Source: Eutreptiella sp. 'Long Island Sound 2002' (taxonomy: Eukaryota; Protista; Euglenida). From it: DNA of 64,000 bases. The stretch covers positions 9,176,001 through 9,240,000 of the forward strand of contig OZ038379.1 in the NCBI GenBank assembly GCA_964036045.1. The letters run 5' to 3'. Within the stretch, counting starts at the first letter, position 1. Each line of letters begins with the position of its first letter. A model generated the notes under the pieces. It worked only from the letters and a program-made list of their open reading frames with translations. It searched no databases and was not told the origin of the DNA. Of the stretch, positions 13,471 to 25,800 are shown piece by piece. The position numbers and the translations under genes were made by a program.

Positions 13471-13757
13471 GTATGTCGTTGTTTACTGCCCATGCATGGA
13501 TATAATGTGTGCAGTCTCATGTGTGTACGTGTGTGGTGCGATGACGTATGATGATCGTGTGTTGGTGTTGTGCTGTGCTGTGCTTTGCTGTGCTGTGTTG
13601 TACTCTGAATGTGCTGAACCGGCTGCACTTTCCTGCCTTCTATCAACAGACCGAAAGACTTCTAGGGCTGCCCTGCAGCTCCTGAGGAGTTTTCTTTCAC
13701 CGCTTTTCTTGCTCTGTTGTTGTCTGCGGTTCTCATCGTGTGTGTATTGAGGGCCTC

Positions 13758-13799
<42 letters not shown>

Positions 13800-13939
13800 G
13801 CGGTTCTCATCGTGTCTGCGTGTGTGTGCACGGGCACGGCGATTGGTACAATCAGCAAATTCGAGTCTCTCCACACCAATCTTCGAGTACAAGCCTCCTA
13901 TTTTGTCAAGATAGTTAATGTCAATGTTTTGTTCTGCAG

Positions 13940-14104
13940 CTGTGGATTGTGTTGTGGGTACATGGGGGTCATGGGGTACTTGTTCAAAGACATGCGGAGG
14001 TGGATCTCAATCTCGCAGCCGATCCATCACGACCTCACCTCAACATGGCGGTGCTGCATGTCCGACTACAGAGCAGTCGCAGTCATGCAATACAAACAAC
14101 TGCC
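13940..14104 (+). CDS. TSP1 exon 6
   Basis: Same splice sites, 165 nt, phase 1-1. Confidence 0.9.
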
Positions 14105-14469
14105 GTATGTTGTTGTTTACTGCCCATGCATGGATATAATGTGTGCAGTCTCATGTGTGTACGTGTGTGGTGTGATAACACATGGTGTGTTGTGTCATGT
14201 GGTGTCATGTTATGTTGCGTTGCGTTGTGTTGTGCTGTGTCATGCTGTGCTGTGCTGCGCTGTGCTGTACTCTGAATGTGCTGACCAAGTGCGTGTGCGT
14301 GCATATGTTTGTTTGTTTGTGTGCATGCGTGCACAGGCGAGTGTATGTTTTGCGGCTTGACCGTGCCCGGTTGCCTGCAGGGATGTTGATGTTGCGTGTT
14401 TTCATATTTTGTGTCTGTTTTGTCTGTGTCTGTGTGTCTGTGTCTGTGTGTCTGTGTATTGAGGTCCGC

Positions 14470-14510
<41 letters not shown>

Positions 14511-14622
14511 ACCAAGGCGGCGATTGGTACAATCACCAAATGCGAGTCTCTCTACACCAATCTTATAGTGCAAGCCTCCTATTTGTAGCCCCTCCGATCA
14601 ATGTTTATGTGTTGCTCTGCAG

Positions 14623-14787
14623 CTGTGGACTGTGTTGTGGGTACATGGAGTTCATGGAGTACTTGTTCAAAGACATGCGGAGGTGGATCTCAATCTCGCA
14701 CGCTACCCATCACGACCTCACCTCAACATGGCGGTGCTGCATGTCCGATTACAGAGCAGTCGCAGTCATGCAATACAAACAACTGCC
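14623..14787 (+). CDS. TSP1 exon 7
   Basis: Same splice sites, 165 nt, phase 1-1. Confidence 0.9.
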
Positions 14788-15606
14788 GTATGTTGTTGTT
14801 TACTGCCCATGCATGGATATAATGTGTGCAGTCTCATGTGTGTACGTGTGTGGTGCGATGACGTATGGTGCTGGTGTGCTGGTATTATGTTATGTTGTGC
14901 TGTGCTGTGCTATGCTGTGCTGTGCTGTGCTGTGTTGTACTCTGAATGTGCTGACCAAGTGTGTGTGGCTTGCATGTGTTTGTTTGTATGCGCAGGCTAG
15001 TGTATGTTTTGCGGCCTGACCGTGCCCGGTTGCCTGCAGGGATGTCAATGTTGCGTCATTTCATATTGCGTGTCTGTTTGTCTGTGTTTGTGTGTGTGTA
15101 TTTGTGTGTGGGTACACCTGTCTCCAGAGATTTGCACCGTGATACGAGTGGACATGTAAGTAGCGCTGCGGGCAGTTAGTCTCAACCTCACAACCCCGGG
15201 CCAATCAGGGCCTATCAACTGGAGGTGCCAGATGTGACCAGCAGTGCCTGTGATAGCTGTGCTGCCTCAAGCTGTACTCCTGTTGCAGAAAGGACCTTGC
15301 CTACTTTTTGTCTTCAATGCCCTGATGAGTTTGTTTTTGGTGATCAGTGCCGTGCCTGTGTATTCTCGCCCACACTGACGGTGCGCTTCCGCGGTTTCGT
15401 CCTCTGATCCCCTTCACCAAGTGTGTGTGTATTTGTGTGCGTGTCGTGCGGTCCACATTGTGTGTGTGTCCGTGGGGCGCGCGCGCTGGCGGGCACGGGG
15501 GCAGCGATTGGTACGATCAGCAAATGCGAGTCTCTCTACACCAATCCTAGAGTGCAAGCCTCCTATTTGTAGCCCCTCCGATCAATGTTTATGTGTTGCT
15601 TTGCAG

Positions 15607-15771
15607 CTGTGGACTGTGTTGTGGGTACATGGGGGTCATGGAGTACTTGTTCAAGGACATGCGGAGGTGGATCTCAATCTCGCACGCTACCCATCACGAC
15701 CTCACCTCAACATGGCGGTGCTGCATGTCCGATTACAGAGCAGTCGCAGTCATGCAATACAAACAACTGCC
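15607..15771 (+). CDS. TSP1 exon 8
   Basis: Same splice sites, 165 nt, phase 1-1. Confidence 0.9.
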
Positions 15772-16256
15772 GTATGTCGTTATTTACTGCCCATGCATGG
15801 ATATAATGTGTGCAGTCTCATGTGTGTATGTGTGTTGTGCGATGACGTATGGTGCTGGTGTGTTGTGTCATGCTGTGCTGTGCTGTGCTGTGCTGTGCTG
15901 TGCTGTGCTGTGCTGTGTTGTACTCTGAATGTGCTGCGGCTGGCATGTGCTTGTTTGTTTGGTCGTATGCGCAGGCGAGTGTTTTTTTTTTTTGCAGCCT
16001 GACCGTGCCCAGTTGGCTGCAGGGATGTCGATGTTGCGTCATTTCATATTTTGTGTCTGTGTCTGTGTCTGTGTGTGTCTGTATTTGTGTGTGTGTCGTG
16101 CGGTCCACATTGTGTGTGTGTCTGTGGGCGCGTGCGGGGGCGGGCACGGGGGCGCGATTGGTACAATCAGCAAATGCGAGTCTCTCTACACCAATCTTAG
16201 AGTGCAAGCCTCCTATTTGTAGCCCCTCCGGTCAATGTTTATGTGTTGCTTTGCAG

Positions 16257-16421
16257 CTGTGGACTGTGTTGTGGGTACATGGGGGTCATGGAGTACTTGT
16301 TCAAGGACTTGTGGAGGTGGATCTCAATCTCGCACGCTACCCATCACGACCTCACCTCAACATGGCGGTGCTGCATGTCCGATTACAGAGCAGTCGCAGT
16401 CATGCAATACGAACAACTGCC
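16257..16421 (+). CDS. TSP1 exon 9
   Basis: Same splice sites, 165 nt, phase 1-1. Confidence 0.9.
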
Positions 16422-16594
16422 GTATGTTGTTGTTTACTGCCCATGCATGGATATAATGTGTGCAGTCTCATGTGTGTACGTGTGTGGTGCGATGACGGAC
16501 GGGCTGGTCGTTGTATTGTGCCATCTGGTGTCATGTTGTGTTGCGTGATTTCGTGCTGTGTCATATCCTCTTTTCTCGTGCTGTTCTGTGTTGT

Positions 16595-16940
16595 GTTGTT
16601 GCCACACTGGAGGAGGCAGTGGGGAGTGGAGTCTTTCACTAATGTGCCACATTGCAACGGGCAGTGGGCAGCAGAATTCTTCTGTGTACCATGCTATAGC
16701 AGGCAGCAGATGGCAAAGGAATCCTTCAGGACACCACCACACTGCAAGGGGCAGTGTGCTGTGGAATCTGGCAGTATGTTGCCACACTGCAAGATGCAAT
16801 GGGCAGTGAGATCCTTCAGTACACTGCTTGAAGTAGTAGTGCCTCTCTGGAGGGGGGTGGGTTGTGGAATCCTTCATTACCATGTTATGCTGCACGAGGC
16901 AGTGGGTTGGGAAATCCTTCGGTGCAATGCTGTACCGCAT
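16595..16940. repeat. Degenerate ~45-bp minisatellite
   Basis: Recurring ccacactgcaa...gcagtg...gaatccttca. Confidence 0.55.
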
Positions 16941-17311
16941 GGGGTACCAGGGTGGGGGTGGGGGGTTAGGAATAGGCAAAATTCTGCACAACAACAGTGT
17001 GCCGAATTGTGCCATGGTATTTTAAGGACCAAAGCCATTTTTCTAGGTGCCGTTGGCGCTCGTGGTATGTGTCCCTTGTGCCCGCGCACTTTAGTCTACA
17101 AGAATCCTTTGGCAGGCTAGTTGGCGGCTACTGCAGCCTGCCTCTTGGTCCGTGTGGTGAAACTTAGGGCAATTTTTTTTTAAGTTTAACTCTAAGTTTC
17201 AAATTTTCATAAAAATCATTTTGCTACTAAGTTTTTCTTCTGTGGGTGGGTTTTTTTACTAATTAGAAAAAGTTTTCCTACTCCGTAATTTTATCTAGAA
17301 GAGAAAACAAA

Positions 17312-17660
17312 CTTGTGGGCCACTGCTGACTTTGTGCCCCGCTTTGATGCGTTGGGGACCCAGACGCTAGGGGTTGTGGGCCACTTCTGATTTTGTCCGC
17401 CACTCTAAAGCATTGGGGACCCCCCAAACGGCAGGGGTTATGTCGCCTATCCGCCCAATGGTGGGCCACTGCTGATTTTATCCCCCAGTCTGAAGCGTTG
17501 GGGACCCCCCAAACAGCACGGGGGGGCGTAGCCAATCTGCCCACTTGTGGGCCATTGCTGATTTTGTCCCCCGCTCTGAAGCATTGGGGACCCCCAAACG
17601 GCAGAGGTTATGTAGCCATTCTGCCCACTTGTGGACCACCTCTGATTTTAAGAGTAAGGG
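17312..17660. repeat. ~60-85-bp minisatellite, 5 units
   Basis: ttgtgggccactgctgatttt...ttggggacccccaaac repeated. Confidence 0.8.
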
Positions 17661-18334
17661 TTTGACGTTGGAACTCTTGCCCCATGCAGGCCTGATGGTA
17701 AGGTGACACACACACGGGTCATTGTTGGTGGGCGTTGGAAGACGGCCCCAAAGGACGGCGATTGTGATGCGCAGTTGCCAAGCGAAGAGGGCATTTAAGT
17801 AGTTCCTCACATGGTTTGACACACAATTTGCCATTTTCCCAGGCACTACGCCTTCGGTAAAATGGAAATTCTTGCAGACATTTTGCCAACGCCACCATTC
17901 CATATCAAATGAGGAATTGGAGGAATTTGTTAAGTCGCGTGGTGGAAGGATTGATCCTGCCAACCACCAAAAGTGCACAATGGTGCATGGAGTTGTGCGG
18001 AGGCCACCACAATCAGCGACCTCCACTTCCGTCTTACGCGGGTTGACCCCAAGGAGTCAAAGGTGGAGGCCAAAGAAGAGGGTAATGTATAGGTGGGAGG
18101 CGAATATTGAACCTGAGATGTTTCAAACCAGTGAGGAGGCTACTTGCAGTCACGGTTTGAGATTCGTTGCCGCAACGATATGAGTTGGAGGCACGCCATT
18201 TCAAGAACCTTACCACCAAGAGCTATGTCACAGGCTGTGTTGAGATTGAGGTGTATTACTGGTGTGCAGCCCACACCGCTCTCGGTGCGGATTGGAACAC
18301 CATGGGTGTGGCCTGGGCATAGTTTGACCGAGAC

Positions 18335-19235
18335 CGCGCGCCTCGTTTAACGAGGCGTGCCGGGGGGGGGGGGTGGCGCCAACGAGGCGCACGGGGGGGG
18401 AGGTTTGGCGCTAACGAGGTGCACGGGGGGGGGGGGGGGGGTTTGGCGCTAACGAGGCGCGGGGGGGGGGGGGGGTTGCGAACGAGGCTTGTGGGGGCTG
18501 GGGGGGTTTGGCGCGCTAACGAGGCACGGGGGGGGGGGTTGGCGCGCTAACGAGGCGCAAGGGGGGTGGCACTGACGAGGCGTGTAGTCCACATAAAAGT
18601 TTGTGCATACACACGCACATACAAGCCGGTGCACACACAAGCCGGTGCACACAAAAGACGGTCTGTAGCCACCGCAGGAGTCTTGTTATTTAAGGGGCCA
18701 CGGGCAAGGCGGTACACACAGAAGGCGGTACACACACAAGGCGTTGCACACAAAAGGCAGTCTGTAGCCACTGCAGAAGTCTTGTTATTTAAGGGGAGGG
18801 CGGGGGTGTCCCCTGCATCGAGCGGAGCGAGCCATAGTCCACATACAAGGCGGTGTATACACAAGGTGGTGCACATTCAAGGCGGTGCACACACAAGGCG
18901 GTGCACACAAAAGGCGGTGTGTAGCCACCGTAGTAGGCTTGTGATTTAAGAGGGGTGCGGGGGTGTCCCCCGCATCGAGCGAAGCGAGCCGAAGCTGAGG
19001 GAGGTCCACATACAAGGCGGTGCATAGGGGGGGGGGGGGGGGTTGGTGCGCTAACGAGGCACACGGGGGGGGTTGGCGCTAATGAGGCGCAGGGGGGGGG
19101 TTTGGCGCAGTAGCGAGGCGCATCGGGGGGGGGGGGGGGGGGTTGGCGCTAACGAGGCACACGGGGGGGGGGGGGGGTGGCGCTAACGAGGCGCGCGCCA
19201 AGCCCAATTTGCGGCTCGTATAACGAGGCGCGCAG
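18335..19235. repeat. G-run minisatellite ((G)n-ggcgctaacgaggcgc) flanking cacacaaggcggtg repeats
   Basis: More than 10 units at 18340-18570 and 19025-19200; starts with hairpin cgcctcgtt-t-aacgaggcg. Confidence 0.8.
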
Positions 19236-20718
19236 TTTCAGCCAAACACTCGGCCTGGGTTGTCCATGGTTCGCCGTGGAATGCCTCGTGTGCCAGTCCA
19301 CAACAATCCACAACGTAGACAACAGCTGGTTGAATCGTGGGCAGACTGCACTTTGCAAGTGGCGTCCATTGATATGTCTTTTGCACCACCCTTGATTGTG
19401 GCACAAGTACATAATTTGGGCAATTTCCATCGGGTGCCCCGCTTGTTGTTCATTGCGCCAACTCATGAATGCCTTTGCCTTAAGTTGGACCCCCATTGTC
19501 ACCGGCCACACATTGTTGGGGTTAACCAGGATGAGTTGGCTGTTGTGGATTTGATTGCCGAGCGAGAAGGCATTCAACCAAGCAGCGGAAGAAGTGGGCA
19601 AAGTTTTTGGATGCTTTCAGTGCCCTGTATTTGCAATTGCACCCTGCATTCCACCTTCATCCGGCAGATTGATGGTGTCAATTGCCATCCGGCATGTTCC
19701 TTGACATTGCATTGTGCCTTGTCTCGACGCGTTGTCAAGGGCATATTGCAAGTGCCATAGGATAGGTTGTGGTTGCTGTGTGAAATGGCGCGAGCTACTT
19801 TGTACTACAGTCGTTCCACTTCGGCCTCACAACCAAGACCCCAACAATGCATTGGGAGGTGGTTCGGATATACACCGAACCCAAATCTGCGGACCCCGCT
19901 GACACATGCTTTTTTGTGATGGCACACCTCACATAATGGTAGGTGGTACTTTTGTTAAGGGGAACAAAGCCCCCGGGTTGATCCCCGGCCACTTGTGTTA
20001 GCGGCGCCCCACCTGGGCCAAACCATCATGCACACCAATTGGTTGGCAAGAATATAATTGGGATTGGGTAGTAGAAAGAAAATCAGGCTCAAGAAAAGAG
20101 TCCTGACAGGGCCATGGCCAACATCAGTGCAGCGGCACTGGGAACAAGGTGGCATAAAAACCCGGTAGGGCCACAACCAACATGAGTTCCTACTACTTAC
20201 AAGTCGTTACAAAAGACAGGCTTCAAGATCAAGTGAGCCTTATTATATGTATGCCTCGGTTTGCTTGCCTCCGTGGGATTCATGGTGCACATCCCAACGA
20301 CAGTTTTTTTCCATTCCCCTTGCACAATAAAGGCTGAGTTTGTATGCTTGGAGGGGGGGGGGGGGCAGCTGCAATGGACCCGGTTGCCACTCATGACCAT
20401 GGCAATTGCTTGTACTACCTGTGAGAGAGGCTGTGCGTGGTACTCACCACTCCTGCAACATTTGACAGTACCTCCAGCCTTCAGTTTGTGCAATGGCATC
20501 CTCCATTAAAACGCCACACCGCAAGGGGGGCAATGGGAGTGGCATCTGTTGACATCCACCGGGCAGTGGGTGGTGGCGTCCTGCAGTAGGCTGTAGGGTG
20601 TGGGGGGGGGGGGTGGGGTGTGGCACGCTTCAGTAAGTGGCCACACCATAAGTGGGGCCGTGGGCTGCGAGTTTTTGCAGTGCCTGACCATCGATGCAAT
20701 CTATATGTTCCTCTACAG

Positions 20719-20883
20719 CTGTTGACTGTGTGGTGGGCACATGGGGGTCATGGAGTACTTGTTCAAGGACATGCGGAGGTGGATCTCAATCTCGCACGCT
20801 ACCCATCACGACCTCACCTCAACATGGCGGTGCTGCATGTCCGATTACAGAGCAGTCGCAGTCATGCAATACAAACAACTGCC
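20719..20883 (+). CDS. TSP1 exon 10
   Basis: tacag|CT, C|gtatgt, 165 nt, phase 1-1. Confidence 0.9.
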
Positions 20884-21215
20884 GTATGTTGTTATTTACT
20901 GCCCATGCATGGATATAATGTGTGCAGTCTCATGTGTGTACGTGTGTGGTGTGATGACGTATGGTGCTGGTGTGTTGGTGTTGTGTTGTGTCGTGTTGTG
21001 TCATGTAATCGTATGTTGTGTTGTGTCATGCTGTGTTGTGCTGTGCTGTGTGGTATTATACTCTGAATGTGCTGAGAAGTTGTGTGTGTGTATTTGTGTG
21101 TGTGTTTGTCTGCACATGTGCACGTGCACGCGTGTATGTTTTGTGGCCTGACGAGCTGTTTCTCCTATTGCCGTGTCCTGTTGCCTGCAGGGGTGTTGAT
21201 GTTGCGTGTTTTTGC

Positions 21216-21255
<40 letters not shown>

Positions 21256-21404
21256 TGTTATCCTTGTGCATTTCACTGTGTATTTTTGGGGCTGGCTAGG
21301 GCGGCGATTGGTACAAACAGGCAATGCGAGTCTCTCCACGCCAATCTAAGAGTGGAGGCCTCCCACTTGTGGCTGCTGTGGTCTATCTATGTGTTGCTCT
21401 ACAG

Positions 21405-21569
21405 CTGTGGACTGTGTTGTGGGCACATGGGGGTCATGGAGTACTTGTTCAAGGACATGTGGAGGTGGATCTCAATTGCGCACCCGACCTGTTACGATTT
21501 CACCTCAACATGGCGGTGCTGCATGTCCGACCACAGAGCAGTCCCAGTCATGCAATGCTCAGACCTGCA
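21405..21569 (+). CDS. TSP1 exon 11 (diverged terminal copy)
   Basis: tacag|CT, A|gtatgt, 165 nt; ...SQLRTRPVTISPQHGGAACP...CNAQTC. Confidence 0.9.
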
Positions 21570-22014
21570 GTATGTTGTTGTCTGCTGCAATGCACGAGAA
21601 GCTTCCAAGCGGTTAGGGTGCTCCCCTGAGGGTGAATCTCGGTTTCATTTTGAGCATTTTGAACACACAGAATGTGGTGCGTAAGATTGCATTTATAATT
21701 CACAATCTGCTGCGCCTTCATCAGCTCGATTGCCCCGTGGGCCTTTGCCACAGGGAACGCTAATCCTGCGGCACTTGCTGCACTTGCGGCGCACCCTGTG
21801 GCACACATCTTGGGTAATTATCCTAGGAAACAAGCGGAATACTGGTGCAAACATATGCGCGCTTTTACATACTGTATACCCCCATATACCATTTTTTCTC
21901 CTATTTCGTTGCTGCATTCTCCTTTTTGGGCCTCTGTCCTTCACAAACCGTGCACTTGTTTTCCGTACCCGGTTCGGTATGGACCAGGGTTTACCGCTGG
22001 TTCGGAAACGAACA

Positions 22015-22100
22015 TTTACGAATATTTCCGAATACTTCCGAACCAGAGCCAGGGTTGCTAATTCCGAATATTTCCGAATATTTCCGAATATTTCCGAACC
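22015..22100. repeat. 10-bp tandem repeat (ttccgaatat)n
   Basis: Directly visible; interrupted. Confidence 0.75.
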
Positions 22101-22866
22101 TCAGAAGCTTGGGGTTGGGGTAGCATCAGTGAAGGCAGTGAATTTCGTACCTGGACCTGGACCTGCAGCATTCAAACCAGAACAACAGGGGGCTGCATCG
22201 GATCAGAACAACAGGGGACAGGTGCATCATCTACAGCAACGCCCAAGAAAAAAACTTTTGCAGGAACTGAATTTTGCTGCTGCATTGCTTCAGGCGGGTC
22301 TCCCCGGCAAGAAACTGGACCACCCCAGCATCAGCATCAGGGGTTTGATTCGTAAGTACATCACCTGCATTGCAACCCCCCCCCCCCCCCCGCACAGTGG
22401 CACCAGTGACATCACATGGGGGGGGAAACGTTAGGCATCCTGCAGCCCACGTAGTTGTGGGAATGCTTCTTCCTATTTTGGGGCACGGGTCCTTTTTATG
22501 AGGATCACTTGCCCACATATCAGCGCACGATGAGGCTTGTTTCCAGTCATCCTGAGGTTCAAACCCTTGACCCTGGGGCATTTGGGAGACTTCAGTGGGC
22601 AACTGTCCGAAGCCTTGGGGTTTGAGCAGGGGATTATGGCAGTAGGCAACCTGACCTTGACCGCTTGACTGACCACATGCTCTTTACACTGCTAGTGGCC
22701 TGGCAGAGGGTGTGGAGGGTAACAGGAGGTGCTTTGACAGTAGAGCCCGATGTTGATGATGCAGGTACTGGAGAAATGGAAGGCAGAGTGTGTTTCTTTG
22801 TTTCTCTCTGCCAAGGACAGCCCTGCAGTACCCTCCGTTTCTACTGCAATTTGCTATTTGATGCAG

Positions 22867-25800
22867 GTGCAACGCCAACAACCTCGCAAACTGTGTCGCA
22901 AAGTGCCACTGCAACCTCCACTGCGTCGCCCACACGGTCTGCAAGTTCAAGTTCCATCTCAACTCCATCCCAGAGCCCATCCCATAGTCCATTCTCCACT
23001 GCTTCCCCAACATCCACAGCGTCTGCAACTGCTTCGCAGACGGAATCACACTCCACATCTGCAACAGCACCGCCCACTCCCATGTTGACTGCGTCCTTGA
23101 CTCGAACCCTCACTGCATCACACACGGCATTGATCACAATGTCCCCAACTGCATCCCAAAGTGCTGGTCCCACTATTTCTTTCACGCCTTCCCCCACATC
23201 CTCCCGCATGGTGTCTTCAAGTGCCTCATCAACTGCGTCCCGAACCGCGTCCCCAGGTCCGGTCCCACCCGCTTCTTTGACTGCTTCCCCTACCTCTTCG
23301 GAAGTTATGTCTGTAACTGCATCGCCGACTGCCTCGGCGACTGCATGGTCCACTGTGGCCTCCACTACGTCACAGTCGCAATCACCAACAGCTTCACCAA
23401 CTGCGTCGCACAGCAAATTCTTCACACCATCCCCAACTGCATCATCCACCCCACTTTTAACTGCATTGCAAGCTCCCCTGCCAAGCGCCTCTATTACTGC
23501 CTCCTCAACTGCATCTGCAATCGCGTCCTTAAGTACATCCCTGACTGCTTCCCGACTTGCTTCTTCAACATTGTCCTCAACACCATCAGCAAACCTATCG
23601 CCGTCTTCATTACCAAGTGCGTCGCCAGCTGCATCAGCAAATGCATCACCATTCACATCTCCAAGTGCATACACAAATGCCTCACCCATTGCTGCCTCCC
23701 CAGCTGCATCGCCATCTGCATCCCCCTCTGCGTCCCTTTTTGCATTGCCCATCCCATCACCATTTGCATCTTCAACTGCATCTCCAGTTGCTCTCCCAAT
23801 TGTATCTCCATCTGAATTTCCACCTGCATTAGAATCTGCATCCCCAGATACACCACCATCTGCATTCCCAAGCTTTTCTCCATCTCCCTCCCCAGTGGCA
23901 TCCCCAGCTGCCACCTCCCCAATTTCATCCCCAAGTGCATCACCGTCCACATCGCCCATTGCACCTCCCGGCGCATTTGCAAGTCCATCTGCATCCCCAG
24001 GTGCAGCTTCAGCTGCATCACCGCTTGCATCTCCAAGTCAGATATCATCTGCATCCCCAGAGGCATCTCCAGCCGCTACCTCCCCAATTGCATCCCCCAA
24101 TTCATCGCCCAGTGCGTCACCCTCCAAATCCCCCTTTGCACTCCCCATCGGATTTTCAAGCGCATCACCATCTGCATCCCCGAGTGCATCTCCATCTGCA
24201 TCCCCCAACGCACTCCCCTTTGCATCCCCAGCTGCCTCTCCAAGTGCATCGCCATCTGCATCAGCCTTTGCATCCCCCAGAGCACTCCCAAGTTCATCAC
24301 CAGCTGCATCCCCAAGCGCATCCCCATCCTCCTTAAGTGCATCACCGTCTGCATCTCCAAATGCATCTCCATCCCCCCCGGTAGTCACCTCTGCCTCTCC
24401 AACTCCGACTGCAACTGTAACTGAACCTGCAACTGCATGGCCGACCACATCCATCACTGCGTCCCGGACGGCATCACGAATTGCATCCCTGACCCCATCC
24501 CCAGCTACATCACCAACTGCATCATCCAGTCTAACGACAGCTCCCTCGTCGACACCGTTACCGACATTGTCCCAAACTACCTCGCCGGCTGCAACGCTGA
24601 CTGCATCTTTGACGGCGCCTTTGACTGCATCACAGACTCTCCTCCCAACGGTATCAATTACCCTGTCTCTAACGGCGACCCCGGGTGCATCCCTGACTTC
24701 TTCCATCACTGTGTCTCGGACAGCATCCCCAAGTGCATCCGCAACTGCGTTTGGGACTGTCTCTGCCACCCCATCGGCAACCGCATCTCCCTCCCCCTCT
24801 CCAACTCCCTCAAACACTGCATCAACCACGGCATCACCCGTCAGCACCCCGGTTGCATCGCAGACGACATCCCTCACGGCGTCCCACACGACTCCCCCAA
24901 CGACATCAGCAACCCCATCGCCCGCCGCATCCGGAACAGCGACCCTCACGGCAACCCTGACTTTGTCCCCGAACCCGTCCTCGACTGCATCCCCGACGGT
25001 GTCCCGGACGGCACACCCGACCTCAACCCCCACCGCAGCACAGACCACCACGGCCTCTGCAACGTGGTCCCCAATTGCCTCCCTGACCCGGCCTCCAACG
25101 GCAACCACAACCGCATCCTCGACTGCACCAGCGACACTATCCCCAACGCCATCGCCGGCTGCAACCCCATCCCCAACCACGTCCTCAACCGCATCCTCAA
25201 CGGCCTCGGCAGTTCCGTCCCCCACGCCATCGCCAGCTCCCACTCCGATCCCAAGCGAGTCCGCAACCCCGTCCATCACAGCGCCGGTGACCCCATCCCC
25301 AACGCCATCGCCAGCCCCCACACTGTTCGCCCCCGCCATTCCACTCGCAACGGTATCCTCGACCCCAACCCGCACAATGTCCCACAGTGCATCCCCAAGT
25401 CCGTCACCGTCTGCATCCTCAACTGCATCTTGGACGCGGTCGAGCAGCGCATTGCCAAATGCTGTGCCGGCCATACCAACCACTTCCACCGCAACTGCGT
25501 CCCCCACTGCATTCATGAGGGCACCCACGGTCATGTCTTCAACGGCAACGGCAACCGCATCGCCAGCTGCCTCCGCGAGTGCATCAGTGACCGTTTCTCC
25601 AAGCATCTCACCAATGGTAGCCCCCGCTGCATCCCCGACGGCGTCCCCAACCTCATCCCCAACAACCACCCACACGGCGTCCTCAACTGAATCCCGACCG
25701 GAATCCTCCAACGTAGGTCCAGTTCCGTCACAAAGTGCATCCCCGACTGCGTCCATTATTGCGCCGTCGACCCCAGATCCATCCCGGACGGCATCCAGCA

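Noticed and set aside
11500-21340. ORFs rich in CVCV, HTHT or CCAVL
   Set aside because: They are translations of (TG)n and (TGTGC)n microsatellites.
9188-21569. Regularly spaced near-identical repeats as a CRISPR-like array
   Set aside because: Units are 165-nt coding exons with splice sites, spacers are homologous introns, and no cas genes are present.
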